64,000 nt of DNA from a virus (taxonomy: Duplodnaviria; Heunggongvirae; Uroviricota; Caudoviricetes), in IMG/VR virus record IMGVR_UViG_3300031952_004642; one strand, written 5' to 3'. Below, piece by piece: positions 18,897 through 27,634 of this stretch; position 1 is the stretch's first letter, and each line of letters begins with the position of its first letter. A program made the translations under genes and the position numbers. The notes under the pieces are model-generated. The model saw only the letters and a list, made by a program, of their open reading frames with translations, searched no databases and was not told the origin of the DNA.

Positions 18897-19345
18897 GGGA
18901 CACCTACAACCTTGAACCTGTTCTTTTCGACCTCGACGACCAGACCACGATGGATGATTGATGTGTCATTGATATACGTCTGTGGTGAATATCCAAAAAT
19001 CCGCAGTATCTGCTTCTTCGTGAAATGCTTGCCCGCATGGCGCTTGGCATTAATCTCATCACGGAGACCAGCATTCTCCTTGGACAAAGCATATCCCCTG
19101 CGCTGCTTGCTCATCAGCTTCTTCATCGCCCTGCTGGACAGTGAACGTTCCTCAAGAAGGACGGCTTTGAAAGATAATGGGATGCTCTTCGTTCCGAGCT
19201 TATGCTTATCAGGGAAGTCGATTATCTGGACTGACACGTATCTGCCTTTGCAGTCGGCGAGCTGATGCTCCACCCACCGCCTGAAAGTGGCGACTGTCAT
19301 GTACAGCTTGCCGCCCTCCGGGGCCATGACCAATCCGTTTGCCAT
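18875..19345 (-). CDS. Hypothetical protein (156 aa)
   Basis: Minus ORF with a GGTAATTG-type repeat upstream. Confidence 0.4.
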   Translation of the reverse strand: MANGLVMAPEGGKLYMTVATFRRWVEHQLADCKGRYVSVQIIDFPDKHKLGTKSIPLSFKAVLLEERSLSSRAMKKLMSKQRRGYALSKENAGLRDEINAKRHAGKHFTKKQILRIFGYSPQTYINDTSIIHRGLVVEVEKNRFKVVGVPCMKESK

Positions 19346-19675
19346 TTTATCACTTTCCTCATTATCACGACAAATTTCAACAATTACCCGATTACCCGAT
19401 TGGAACGATTAACCGAAAGGGTTCATCCACGCATGTGCTGAGACTGGTTGTTGACCACGCTAAACGTGTTCAGACCAAGCTTGTCGAACATGAGCTTCGC
19501 AAATTCGAACTCCTGCTCGGGCTTCAGCATATCTAAATCCTTGAGCTCAACAGCAGCCCTGACTGATTCCATCCATGCTTCCTTGTTGAATTCCGAGACA
19601 CGCTTCAGGAAATCACTCATTTCATCATCTGTGTATTCCTGCGTGACCCATTTACCGTCAACCTGATTTCTTCCC

Positions 19676-20284
19676 CTAAACATCTTCACCACTCTCCTTG
19701 ATTTCGAACTGGCTGGACTCCATGTCAGCCAGATGAATAAGAACACCGAGCTTTGACATATGTTTACGCATCGAAGACCAGCCACCATGAGCCTGAATGA
19801 TTCCACCCATCTCTTCATAGGTGAGCTGGAGACCGAACTTATTGGCCTCGGCAACAGTCCACAGGTCATCCTCAAAATCCCAGCCAGTGTAATATTCGAA
19901 GACGTTGCTATTAGGATTCACGAGCCTGTATCGGTGGATTTTAGAGAAATCATGCAAAACAGCAGCAATGTAGACGCTATCAGTTGTTAATCCAGACAAC
20001 TTGTGACCCTGCCTATCAAAGACCTGCAAGGCATAAGCCAGAACCTCGGCAGTATGATTAACGAGACCACCGATTCCTGCATGATGATGACGTGCGGCAG
20101 CAGTAGCTGCGCACATCTGCGGCTTATGGGCAGCAAGAAAATCATTCATCATGCCACGCCTTTTATCATCGGCTATCTTCGGTAAATTTCCAATGATATA
20201 CTCCCATGCATCATCTGGCTCGCCAGAGAATCTTACGCAACCCATATCATGCCCTCCTGAACCACCATTCACGCCCAACGCCAC
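19676..20284 (-). CDS. HD-domain phosphohydrolase
   Basis: H..HHHAG...H then AAVLHDFSK matches the HD motif. Confidence 0.55.
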   Translation of the reverse strand: MALGVNGGSGGHDMGCVRFSGEPDDAWEYIIGNLPKIADDKRRGMMNDFLAAHKPQMCAATAAARHHHAGIGGLVNHTAEVLAYALQVFDRQGHKLSGLTTDSVYIAAVLHDFSKIHRYRLVNPNSNVFEYYTGWDFEDDLWTVAEANKFGLQLTYEEMGGIIQAHGGWSSMRKHMSKLGVLIHLADMESSQFEIKESGEDV

Positions 20285-20568
20285 GGAAAAACTGGAATTC
20301 CATGCAAAGCATGTCGCTCACTTTCTCGGAAATCGAAATCTGGAGCTTTTCGGCATCCTTCTTGGGCTCGGAACTGAAATAGACGATGACGAACTCGCCG
20401 AGGAAGTTCACACGACTGACGTAGCTGGAAAATATGCCAACGGCATCGAGGAGCTCCGAATTCAGCTTTTTCGTGCTGACACGCTCCTGAGACAAAGAAA
20501 GATTCGCACACATATACATAATATTGGCATAATGATTTAAATGCTTTCTGTTTCCACGCTTTTTGAGC

Positions 20569-20889
20569 TCAGTAAATAAGCTTAAAATGTCGACCCTTTG
20601 CAGTGACGACAAACTCACGTGTCGGCTCTGGCTCAACCACAGAACTGCTGAATTCCCAGCGTTTATGCTTCCATTCGAGCAGCTTCTCAGGGGTATCGAG
20701 ATATTTTGCAAGCAGCCTGTTGTCAACGGCCCTATGCAGGTCGCAATGGCAGGCCCAGCAGAGCCTGACAGTCCTTTCCCAGTTCTCTGGTGGATGCCAA
20801 TTAGGAGGAGGGTCACCACCCTTTAAGATGTGCTTCCATTCCTGTGGAGTGTATAAAATAGACCTTGGAATCAGATGATGATTTCCCAA
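20569..20889 (-). CDS. HNH endonuclease
   Basis: NHHLIPRS ... RLCWACHCDLH is the HNH core. Confidence 0.6.
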   Translation of the reverse strand: MGNHHLIPRSILYTPQEWKHILKGGDPPPNWHPPENWERTVRLCWACHCDLHRAVDNRLLAKYLDTPEKLLEWKHKRWEFSSSVVEPEPTREFVVTAKGRHFKLIY

Positions 20890-21209
20890 TCTTTTCGACG
20901 AGCCGCAGAGAAGGCATGAGCCACGATGCTCTAGCCAAGGCTTAGAGTCGTGACTATGTTTCTGCTTATATTCCCTGATGGCTTTATGGTATCCACGTGA
21001 ATCGACCTCTCATCACCATGTTACAATGGAAAACGAAGATTTAAAAATTCATCACATAAACACCAGATATTTGCAGCGACGACCCCTATTGACACCTTTC
21101 TGGCGGTCGAAACAATGATGGAGCTTGGCATACTCTTCTGATATGATAATCAATTTCATACCGCAATACAGCTTCCGACCCATTTCCCGCTCCCATGTTT
21201 GGATTCAAC

Positions 21210-21545
21210 CTATTCGTATTTCCCGCCCAGCCACGAACGATGGGCATGAGTGACCACGCCTTCTGGACGGCTGGAGACCCATCCAAGATATTTCTGGATT
21301 TTCTCATTGGATTTAAGCTTTTCGAGAGTATTAAGCTCGGTATGTAGCTGGCTCAACATGAAGGTCGCATGAATCGTATGATGGCAGTCCATGCAGAGCG
21401 AGACCGTGAGCTTGTGACCGAGCTGGATGGCATAGGCACGCCTTCTCTTAGACAACAATTTACGACATAACAGATGGTGCTCACTGATTTCCTGCACAAC
21501 ACGATTGCAGAGCTCGCAAATCATTTGGACAGCTCCTTCTTCCAA
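21210..21545 (-). CDS. HNH-like endonuclease (short)
   Basis: EHHLLCRKLL ... LCMDCHHTIH. Confidence 0.45.
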   Translation of the reverse strand: MEEGAVQMICELCNRVVQEISEHHLLCRKLLSKRRRAYAIQLGHKLTVSLCMDCHHTIHATFMLSQLHTELNTLEKLKSNEKIQKYLGWVSSRPEGVVTHAHRSWLGGKYE

Positions 21546-21764
21546 TCATCAATGAACTCAGTAACGGCTGCCAAGAGCCCAGCGATGCAATTCTCAGTGT
21601 TATCATCATAAGTCGGACTGTCGAGCACAGCTTCGAGTTTTAATAATCTCGAAAGACTCTCTTCTTCCTTGGCTTTGCTTATCAGGTCACGAAGCTCAAA
21701 GTTCTTCCTGCATGTCGGGCAGTAAATGGTAGCGTCCAAAAGCCCATGATTCACACAGATTATT

Positions 21765-22433
21765 TTACTTTCGCTCATCATTGGACACCTGATTTTCACA
21801 AATGTTGATATCATTACCATAAGATATCGAATGTATTTCACCAACATCTGGACGCTTGGTGATGAGCTCATCCAAGAACTTCCTGAGACCCGAAATCGTC
21901 GGATACTCCTTCCCAAACAGGCGCTCGAGCATGTATAGCAGCTTGGCAAGGTCAGTGAAACAGATGGAATTACCGAGAAAGAATTTTCCATATGATGCAT
22001 GGACACGAATGAACTTCATGCCAAGGGAATGGGCAATGAAAACACGATGAAGGCCATCCTCGATGTGAATAACGCAGGGATAGTCTATGTCACGCTTCAC
22101 TGGAACTGGAAGGTAGGTATCGGCTAGAAGCTCCTCACGGATTCTGGTATAACGCTCTCCTTCGGTAGATATGTCTGGGAACTTCAATTTGATGCCAACG
22201 GTCTCCTCCTGCAACGGAAGCGAAGCAAGATTGATTTTTTCATCGAACATGTATTTGTGGCTTCTGAAAGGAGCATCCATCTGGAGCTCTTTGAAGAGCA
22301 TCTCCACGGACATCATCTCATCGGCCTCTGAGATTTTGCGGAACGACAATAATGTACAACGCCTGTAGAATTCACGGCGGGAGATAATCATCAGACCAGC
22401 TCCTCTGGTTTTGGCGCAATATAATGAGGGCAA
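21765..22433 (-). CDS. ParB-like nuclease-domain protein
   Basis: IHIEDGLHRVFIAHSLGMKFIRV matches the ParB N-terminal motif (DG.HR..A....G...IPV). Confidence 0.5.
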   Translation of the reverse strand: MPSLYCAKTRGAGLMIISRREFYRRCTLLSFRKISEADEMMSVEMLFKELQMDAPFRSHKYMFDEKINLASLPLQEETVGIKLKFPDISTEGERYTRIREELLADTYLPVPVKRDIDYPCVIHIEDGLHRVFIAHSLGMKFIRVHASYGKFFLGNSICFTDLAKLLYMLERLFGKEYPTISGLRKFLDELITKRPDVGEIHSISYGNDINICENQVSNDERK

Positions 22434-23122
22434 TCATTTGGATGCCAACTCGAACCAGAAGTCGCCATGTCAATTAAATACCATAACCCATCAGCGCCTT
22501 TGCAGAAATCGACAGACCAATGGCCTTCCACTGCACGGGAAACCTCTTCGGCATAGGTCGAGAGCTGGGCTATCTCGGAAGCGGATTCCTTATTCATTGC
22601 GGCTAACAGCTCTTTCCAGTTGTCTGGGAGCTTGGTGTTCCCATAAGCGCAAATCGCTTCCATGAACCAATACGGGTGATGACAGATGACCTTGCCGTCT
22701 TTCACGAAATATCGGCGCTCTGGATTGACTGGCATGCCCCTGAACGCCTTGTAGGATGACTGCATTGGAATATATTCACGGAAGACGAGAGCCTTGAACG
22801 GCAGGCCAAGCAGGCCAGCGCAAAGATTGTGACAGATGGTTTCGAAAATGCAGGTTCCAAGCATTTCCCGTGAGCTGACATAAGCACCACGCTCCCATTC
22901 ATGCTTGGCAGAGGCTTGGTCAGTGCGAAGGAATACTGGATAACCGAACGGGTTATGCTTGGCGGCTTCCTCGACAAACGAGTCAGGCACATTCTCATCT
23001 AGAAGCTCACGCATTGCGGACGGCGGGATTTCCCACATGACGGTCTTCGGCTGCGGGATTTTCAGGTTCTTTATTTTTGGAAACCAGAACATCATGCTGT
23101 CAGGATTAAAGCATTGAATCAT
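22391..23122 (-). CDS. ATP-grasp enzyme (phage-type)
   Basis: PVFLRTDQASAKH, ALVFREYIP, RRYFVKDGKV, WSVDFCKGADGLWYLIDMATSGSS follow the ATP-grasp fold pattern. Confidence 0.5.
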   Translation of the reverse strand: MIQCFNPDSMMFWFPKIKNLKIPQPKTVMWEIPPSAMRELLDENVPDSFVEEAAKHNPFGYPVFLRTDQASAKHEWERGAYVSSREMLGTCIFETICHNLCAGLLGLPFKALVFREYIPMQSSYKAFRGMPVNPERRYFVKDGKVICHHPYWFMEAICAYGNTKLPDNWKELLAAMNKESASEIAQLSTYAEEVSRAVEGHWSVDFCKGADGLWYLIDMATSGSSWHPNDCPHYIAPKPEELV

Positions 23123-23715
23123 GATTTACACCCGCAAATAGCAAGCTTGATACGCTCTATCTGGTCTGGTTTAGAAACGGAAAGCATATACGCAAAATCA
23201 GATGTCTCCCCGCTGACTTTATCGGTGGCAGCAAATTCAGAAGTTATAACGACTTCATTATTGGGCCCACGTTTGAATTGCATATGCATGCTGCGTGTGC
23301 ACCGATAAGCCCTATTACCATTCCGAACCTTCAATATTGCGTATTCTACTGGTACAAGGAGCGAATCAACAAGTCCATCAATAAAATCACGAATCGAACG
23401 GACATTTGCTGGCTGCACATATACATCAAAATCAAGGGTACATCTGCCGCCATGAGCATAAGAGACCTTCCACATCATATGTAAATGTAGTTGCCTATCG
23501 ACATGCATGCAAGAATTGGAAGCACCATCGATGATTCCCCAATTAACTCCGAACGCCCTAGGTTTAAGGAGAGGCAGAGATGAATTGTCAGATTTTATGG
23601 AAACAACATCTGCAAAAATCATGAAGTCCACAGACTTGTCATACAGCACTTTCTTATTCACTTTGACAATAGGACTTACATCCCCTACAGCACGACCTCT
23701 TACCTCGATGACCAT
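23119..23715 (-). CDS. dCTP-deaminase/dUTPase-superfamily-like protein (tentative)
   Basis: LKPRAFGVNWGIIDGASNSC resembles the Dcd/Dut motifs (RlGL ... GwIDpGf.G). Confidence 0.35.
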   Translation of the reverse strand: MVIEVRGRAVGDVSPIVKVNKKVLYDKSVDFMIFADVVSIKSDNSSLPLLKPRAFGVNWGIIDGASNSCMHVDRQLHLHMMWKVSYAHGGRCTLDFDVYVQPANVRSIRDFIDGLVDSLLVPVEYAILKVRNGNRAYRCTRSMHMQFKRGPNNEVVITSEFAATDKVSGETSDFAYMLSVSKPDQIERIKLAICGCKS

Positions 23716-23718
23716 TAA

Positions 23719-24105
23719 TTACCCCCTGTCAAAATGAAATTCTCTTCTACTGATTACTGGTTCACGCTGCCAGTTCTTCTCGAGCTTCTTCATGAAGATT
23801 TTACTGCCATCCACATCAAGAATGGCGAGCATGCTGGCAACGAAAAAGAAAATGTCGATGGCCTCTTCCGCAAGCTTCACCTTATCATTATGTTTGTAGG
23901 CGTGAACAAGCTCACCCAGCTCCTCGGTCATCCAGATGATTTTCTTTCCGAGCAGCTCATTTTCCGAGAGCCCGAGATTGAATCCTTTCGCTTCTTCGAG
24001 CTCATGGACGAGCTTCTGGGCATCACTGATTGTGACACCATTCACAGACAACAGTTTAAACCATTTATCGTAAAGCTTACCTGTCATTGGCACACCTATT
24101 TTCAA
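23719..24105 (-). CDS. MazG-like NTP pyrophosphohydrolase
   Basis: EELGELVHAYKH ... EEAIDIFFFVASMLAILDVD matches the MazG EExxE/D helices. Confidence 0.55.
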   Translation of the reverse strand: MKIGVPMTGKLYDKWFKLLSVNGVTISDAQKLVHELEEAKGFNLGLSENELLGKKIIWMTEELGELVHAYKHNDKVKLAEEAIDIFFFVASMLAILDVDGSKIFMKKLEKNWQREPVISRREFHFDRG

Positions 24106-24109
24106 AACC

Positions 24110-24313
24110 TTATTTCAGGTCTTCGGTTTTCGTTAGAGTCCAGATTTCGCCGACGCTGAAAGAGCACTCACCCTCTTCCTTGACCCTTATCACAACGCCG
24201 CTATCTTCGTCCTCGAGATGAGCAATCACGATTGGCGGTTTTGGCTCATCCTTCTTCGCCTTGAACGTCGTCTTCTGGATTTCCTTCACTTCGAAGTTGA
24301 ATTCTTCTGACAT
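24110..24313 (-). CDS. Hypothetical small acidic protein (67 aa)
   Basis: Minus ORF. Confidence 0.35.
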   Translation of the reverse strand: MSEEFNFEVKEIQKTTFKAKKDEPKPPIVIAHLEDEDSGVVIRVKEEGECSFSVGEIWTLTKTEDLK

Positions 24314-24336
24314 GCTGATTACCTCCTATGTTTAAC

Positions 24337-24714
24337 TTAATCAACGATTGGAATGTCGACTCCACCAACCCTGAGCTCGATGCATCCGTCCTTCGTCTTC
24401 ATAACAGGCTTACGCCTCTTATTTGACTTGAACTTCTCTTCTATGGCCTTCAGGTCTTTTAGAGGCAACCTGTTGAGGCAATAACGCAGGAGTTTCTCCG
24501 TATCGAGAGCGCCCGCAATGCCCTTCATTATATTCCCAACCATCTCATCATATTTCTTCAGGTCGATTTCAATGAGCACAAGTTTATGGCCATCACCAAA
24601 ATCAAGCCTGTAGAATTTACCGTTTATCTTGAATATATGACGTTCAGAGTCCATCTGAACATCATCACTCTTCACTGACACATGCTCGAATTCTGACATA
24701 ATGATTACCTCCAT
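24337..24714 (-). CDS. Protein with one copy of an about 60-aa repeat domain (125 aa)
   Basis: YRLDFGDGHKLVLIEIDLKKYDEMVGNIMKGIAGALDTEKLLRYCLNRLPL is homologous to two repeats in the neighbouring gene. Confidence 0.5.
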   Translation of the reverse strand: MEVIIMSEFEHVSVKSDDVQMDSERHIFKINGKFYRLDFGDGHKLVLIEIDLKKYDEMVGNIMKGIAGALDTEKLLRYCLNRLPLKDLKAIEEKFKSNKRRKPVMKTKDGCIELRVGGVDIPIVD

Positions 24715-24720
24715 ATATTA

Positions 24721-25578
24721 TCATCGATTGCCGACTCCCAAGAAACATGGGTCACGTTTGCCGACGACCAAGTAAATATCTTCATGGGTTCGAAACATCT
24801 CAAACTTCATGGACTTCGAACGGCATTTTCGTTCAAACCAATCCAAGTCAAAAAGCAAAAGCTTCTTGAGGCAACGACGCAGCACAGCATCTGCATCAAA
24901 AGCGCAGCGCAATCTCCCAACAAGCTCATCAATCATCTTACAATAATCGGCCAAATCAACTTCAGTTAAGAATGGAGTTTCGACATCGACAGAACCCAAT
25001 GCATACCAGAAACCATTGATGGAAAGAATATTATATTCAATGTAATCGAAAATTTCCTGATGAAACCCCTCAGCGACATACCAAGGGGTGAACTTTCCAT
25101 CAAGCAGTTTCAATCTTTTCGACTGCACACAAGCAGCAATGCCTGCACGACCGGGAGAGAAGCCATTAGTTATAGGAATATGATGCTCACCAATTTCGAT
25201 TTCAACATACTCTCCACCACCAATTAATCGCATGGCTGGTTTGATGCCCAAACAGAGTGCTTGGTCAATCAACTTCAGTTTACCGAGAGGCTGACCAGTG
25301 AGGCAATGACGCAGGACAGCATCAACATCGAGAGAGCTGCGCAACTTCGCAATGAGCGCATCAATCCTTGCATTATACACATTCACATCCACCTCAAAAA
25401 GCAGCGTCGTGCCTATGTTATCACAATCGGCAATATAACTTCTGCCATTTATGATGAGAAGTTCATTCTCGACATCATCACGAACAACCTGCCTCTCGCC
25501 AACGATGGAACATTTCTTTAACTCAACCATATGAATCTTCCTCCTCCTGTTGAACGATATCACCAGCAAGCTCATCAT
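24721..25578 (-). CDS. Protein with two copies of the same about 60-aa repeat domain (285 aa)
   Basis: Internal repeats ..LLFEVDVNVYNARIDALIAKLRSSLDVDAVLRHCL.. and ..FLTEVDLADYCKMIDELVGRLRCAFDADAVLRRCL.. Confidence 0.5.
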   Translation of the reverse strand: MMSLLVISFNRRRKIHMVELKKCSIVGERQVVRDDVENELLIINGRSYIADCDNIGTTLLFEVDVNVYNARIDALIAKLRSSLDVDAVLRHCLTGQPLGKLKLIDQALCLGIKPAMRLIGGGEYVEIEIGEHHIPITNGFSPGRAGIAACVQSKRLKLLDGKFTPWYVAEGFHQEIFDYIEYNILSINGFWYALGSVDVETPFLTEVDLADYCKMIDELVGRLRCAFDADAVLRRCLKKLLLFDLDWFERKCRSKSMKFEMFRTHEDIYLVVGKRDPCFLGVGNR

Positions 25579-25644
25579 GGAATGATGAACATGCCAGATA
25601 GCGACGATTTACAAATTTTCCGCAAACACCACAATGTTTGGTGT

Positions 25645-26025
25645 TCATATGCGTTTCCTTATCATCTCATCGGCAAGCTTCATGGTCTGACGCTTCACAT
25701 GACCAAGCGTCTGGGTTATCGGATGCTCGCTATTCCATATATGTGTGGTATCAAAACCAAGAAACCAGAGACTTTTCGGTATGTCGCTATTCGGCAAATG
25801 GCCAAGCACACCAAAATAGGTCAATTCAACGGTTTTTATCCTATCAGTGAAAGCCCAAAGCTTTGCCAGATAATCTCTACGGCTCCTCGGAATGACGGAC
25901 ACATAGCCGTTGTAGCAAACACCATTCGGAGCAACACGCAACGGCACATTCACCAGTTTTACTATGACACACGTTCTGCGCCTGTAAATGAACTTCTCAG
26001 CAATTTCATCGGCGATATCACTCAT
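25645..26025 (-). CDS. Hypothetical protein (126 aa)
   Basis: Minus ORF, preferred over the antisense plus ORF 25531-26118. Confidence 0.4.
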   Translation of the reverse strand: MSDIADEIAEKFIYRRRTCVIVKLVNVPLRVAPNGVCYNGYVSVIPRSRRDYLAKLWAFTDRIKTVELTYFGVLGHLPNSDIPKSLWFLGFDTTHIWNSEHPITQTLGHVKRQTMKLADEMIRKRI

Positions 26026-26846
26026 TCATCAACCACCACCTGCTCAACTGGAACCTGCCTGTCTGGGAAAAGGCGATTATGCAGGGCTGGATTATTGTTT
26101 GAAGCGCACTCTTCCTGATAAGAGCAATATCTGCACTGCCATTTTTCACCTACAACTTTTGGCGGCAGCTTGGACTGCTGCAAATTGGAATTAATCATAT
26201 TCAGGTTCCGCATGACGCTGGCATGCATCTTCTCATCATATCCGAAACGGAAGGCACGCACTGCGAGGTCGGTCTTGTTGATATAGACAAGAAGGCCGTG
26301 ATGAAGGCCTTCGGAATGAAGGTAGGTATTGAGCTGGCATCGATGTGAATATGAAGCGGATTTCTTCATACCGAAGCCTTTCTCGTTGATGGATTTCAGC
26401 TCCACGACGAAAGGCTCGCCCTCATGAGGGACAACGATTATGTCCATCCTGCCGCTTATCACGATGCCAGTCTCCTTGTCGGTGAATTCAGTGCGCCTTT
26501 CCAGAATGACATCCTTGAACATTTTACCATGCTGACCGACAGCAGCCTTCTGCAAATAATCATGTATGATGCTACCAGCCATGAAGATTCTCTGGCTTTT
26601 CGGCGTGAAGGTTTTTGGGCTGATGAATGAATAGTAGACCTGACGATGGCATTTTCCCAAATCAGTCGCCCAGAAATGACCGATGATACGCTTACGCTTC
26701 TCCTGCTTTTCAGTGATATGCTCGTTCAGGAACGCATCGAAGTCGAAATCGGAAAAGCTCATTGGCATAGTCATCCTATCGATACTTTGACGCTTGTATT
26801 TAAATAGAAAATGAAAAAAATGGCGGCAACGCCGCCTGAAATCCAC
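26022..26846 (-). CDS. Cas4/RecB-family PD-(D/E)xK exonuclease with C-terminal Fe-S Cys cluster
   Basis: ATDLGKCHRQVYY; GRMDIIVV..VVELKS (D..ELK); QLNTY; C-terminal CRYCSYQEEC (Cx2Cx5C). Confidence 0.6.
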   Translation of the reverse strand: MDFRRRCRHFFHFLFKYKRQSIDRMTMPMSFSDFDFDAFLNEHITEKQEKRKRIIGHFWATDLGKCHRQVYYSFISPKTFTPKSQRIFMAGSIIHDYLQKAAVGQHGKMFKDVILERRTEFTDKETGIVISGRMDIIVVPHEGEPFVVELKSINEKGFGMKKSASYSHRCQLNTYLHSEGLHHGLLVYINKTDLAVRAFRFGYDEKMHASVMRNLNMINSNLQQSKLPPKVVGEKWQCRYCSYQEECASNNNPALHNRLFPDRQVPVEQVVVDE

Positions 26847-26853
26847 TCATTCA

Positions 26854-27429
26854 TCAGAATTCAACGATTGGAACGTCCTGAGCGCCTTCCTTGGACTCAA
26901 AGAAGAGCTTCGGCTTCATTCCCATCATGTTCGCAATCATGTTCGATGGGAAGACCCTCAAAGCGGTGTTGAATTCACGGACTACGCCATTATAGTCATT
27001 CCTCGCAACGGCAATCCTGTTCTCGGTTCCCTCCAACTGCACCATCAGCGTCTTGAAGTTCTCAACGGCCTTCAGCTCTGGATAGTTCTCCACGACCACG
27101 ATGAGCCTGCCAATCGCAGATTCAAGAGATGCCGATGCATCCATCTTCTCAGAAGGCGTTACCGCACTTCCCCACTGGCTTCTCAGCTCCGTGATTTCAG
27201 TGAGAAGACCCTTCTCGAATTCCATGTATCCCTTTGCCGTATTCACGAGATTTGGGATGAGGTCATATCTTCTCTGATACTGAGACTCGACATTCGCCCA
27301 CGCAGTCTGGGTCTTCACATCCAAGCTCACTAGGCTGTTGTAGATTCCGATATATATCACGGCAATGACCGCAATCACTATCAGAAAACCAAGCAAGACC
27401 AAAGTCACTGGATTAGTTTGCGCTTTCAT
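26854..27429 (-). CDS. lemA: LemA family protein
   Basis: N-terminal TM. QYQRRYDLIPNLV, ENYPELKA, VARNDYN, RVFP are LemA hallmarks. Confidence 0.85.
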   Translation of the reverse strand: MKAQTNPVTLVLLGFLIVIAVIAVIYIGIYNSLVSLDVKTQTAWANVESQYQRRYDLIPNLVNTAKGYMEFEKGLLTEITELRSQWGSAVTPSEKMDASASLESAIGRLIVVVENYPELKAVENFKTLMVQLEGTENRIAVARNDYNGVVREFNTALRVFPSNMIANMMGMKPKLFFESKEGAQDVPIVEF

Positions 27430-27634
27430 ATTTACCTCCTAATTTTATTCTGACAATAAGAATAATTAAAAAACAAATAAAGCACCCGACAGTCATGCCG
27501 AGCAGAGTCCTGAAAAGAGCATCTGCTATGCTGCAAGTCATTTTATTGGAAATGAGACATGCACAGGCAAAAGACCCCAAGAAAAGACCAAATAGCATCG
27601 ATAAAATCAGGCTAATCCTTGACATCATGGACAC
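27413..27634 (-). CDS. Small membrane protein (73 aa)
   Basis: Two TM helices. Overlaps neighbours by a few nt. Confidence 0.45.
   Translation of the reverse strand: MSMMSRISLILSMLFGLFLGSFACACLISNKMTCSIADALFRTLLGMTVGCFICFLIILIVRIKLGGKYESAN

Noticed and set aside
19423-22433. Long overlapping ORF pairs in different frames (19423-19875 vs 19676-20284; 20247-20819 vs 20569-20889; 21521-22006 vs 21765-22433) as programmed frameshifts
   Set aside because: In each case the N-terminal part of the downstream ORF looks non-protein-like. An internal Met next to the upstream stop gives a sensible short gene. No slippery heptamer was noticed.
25531-26118. Plus-strand 195-aa ORF
   Set aside because: It is antisense to the minus-strand ORF 25645-26025 in a region where every neighbour is minus-strand and tightly packed. 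Composition is His/Arg-rich and odd.
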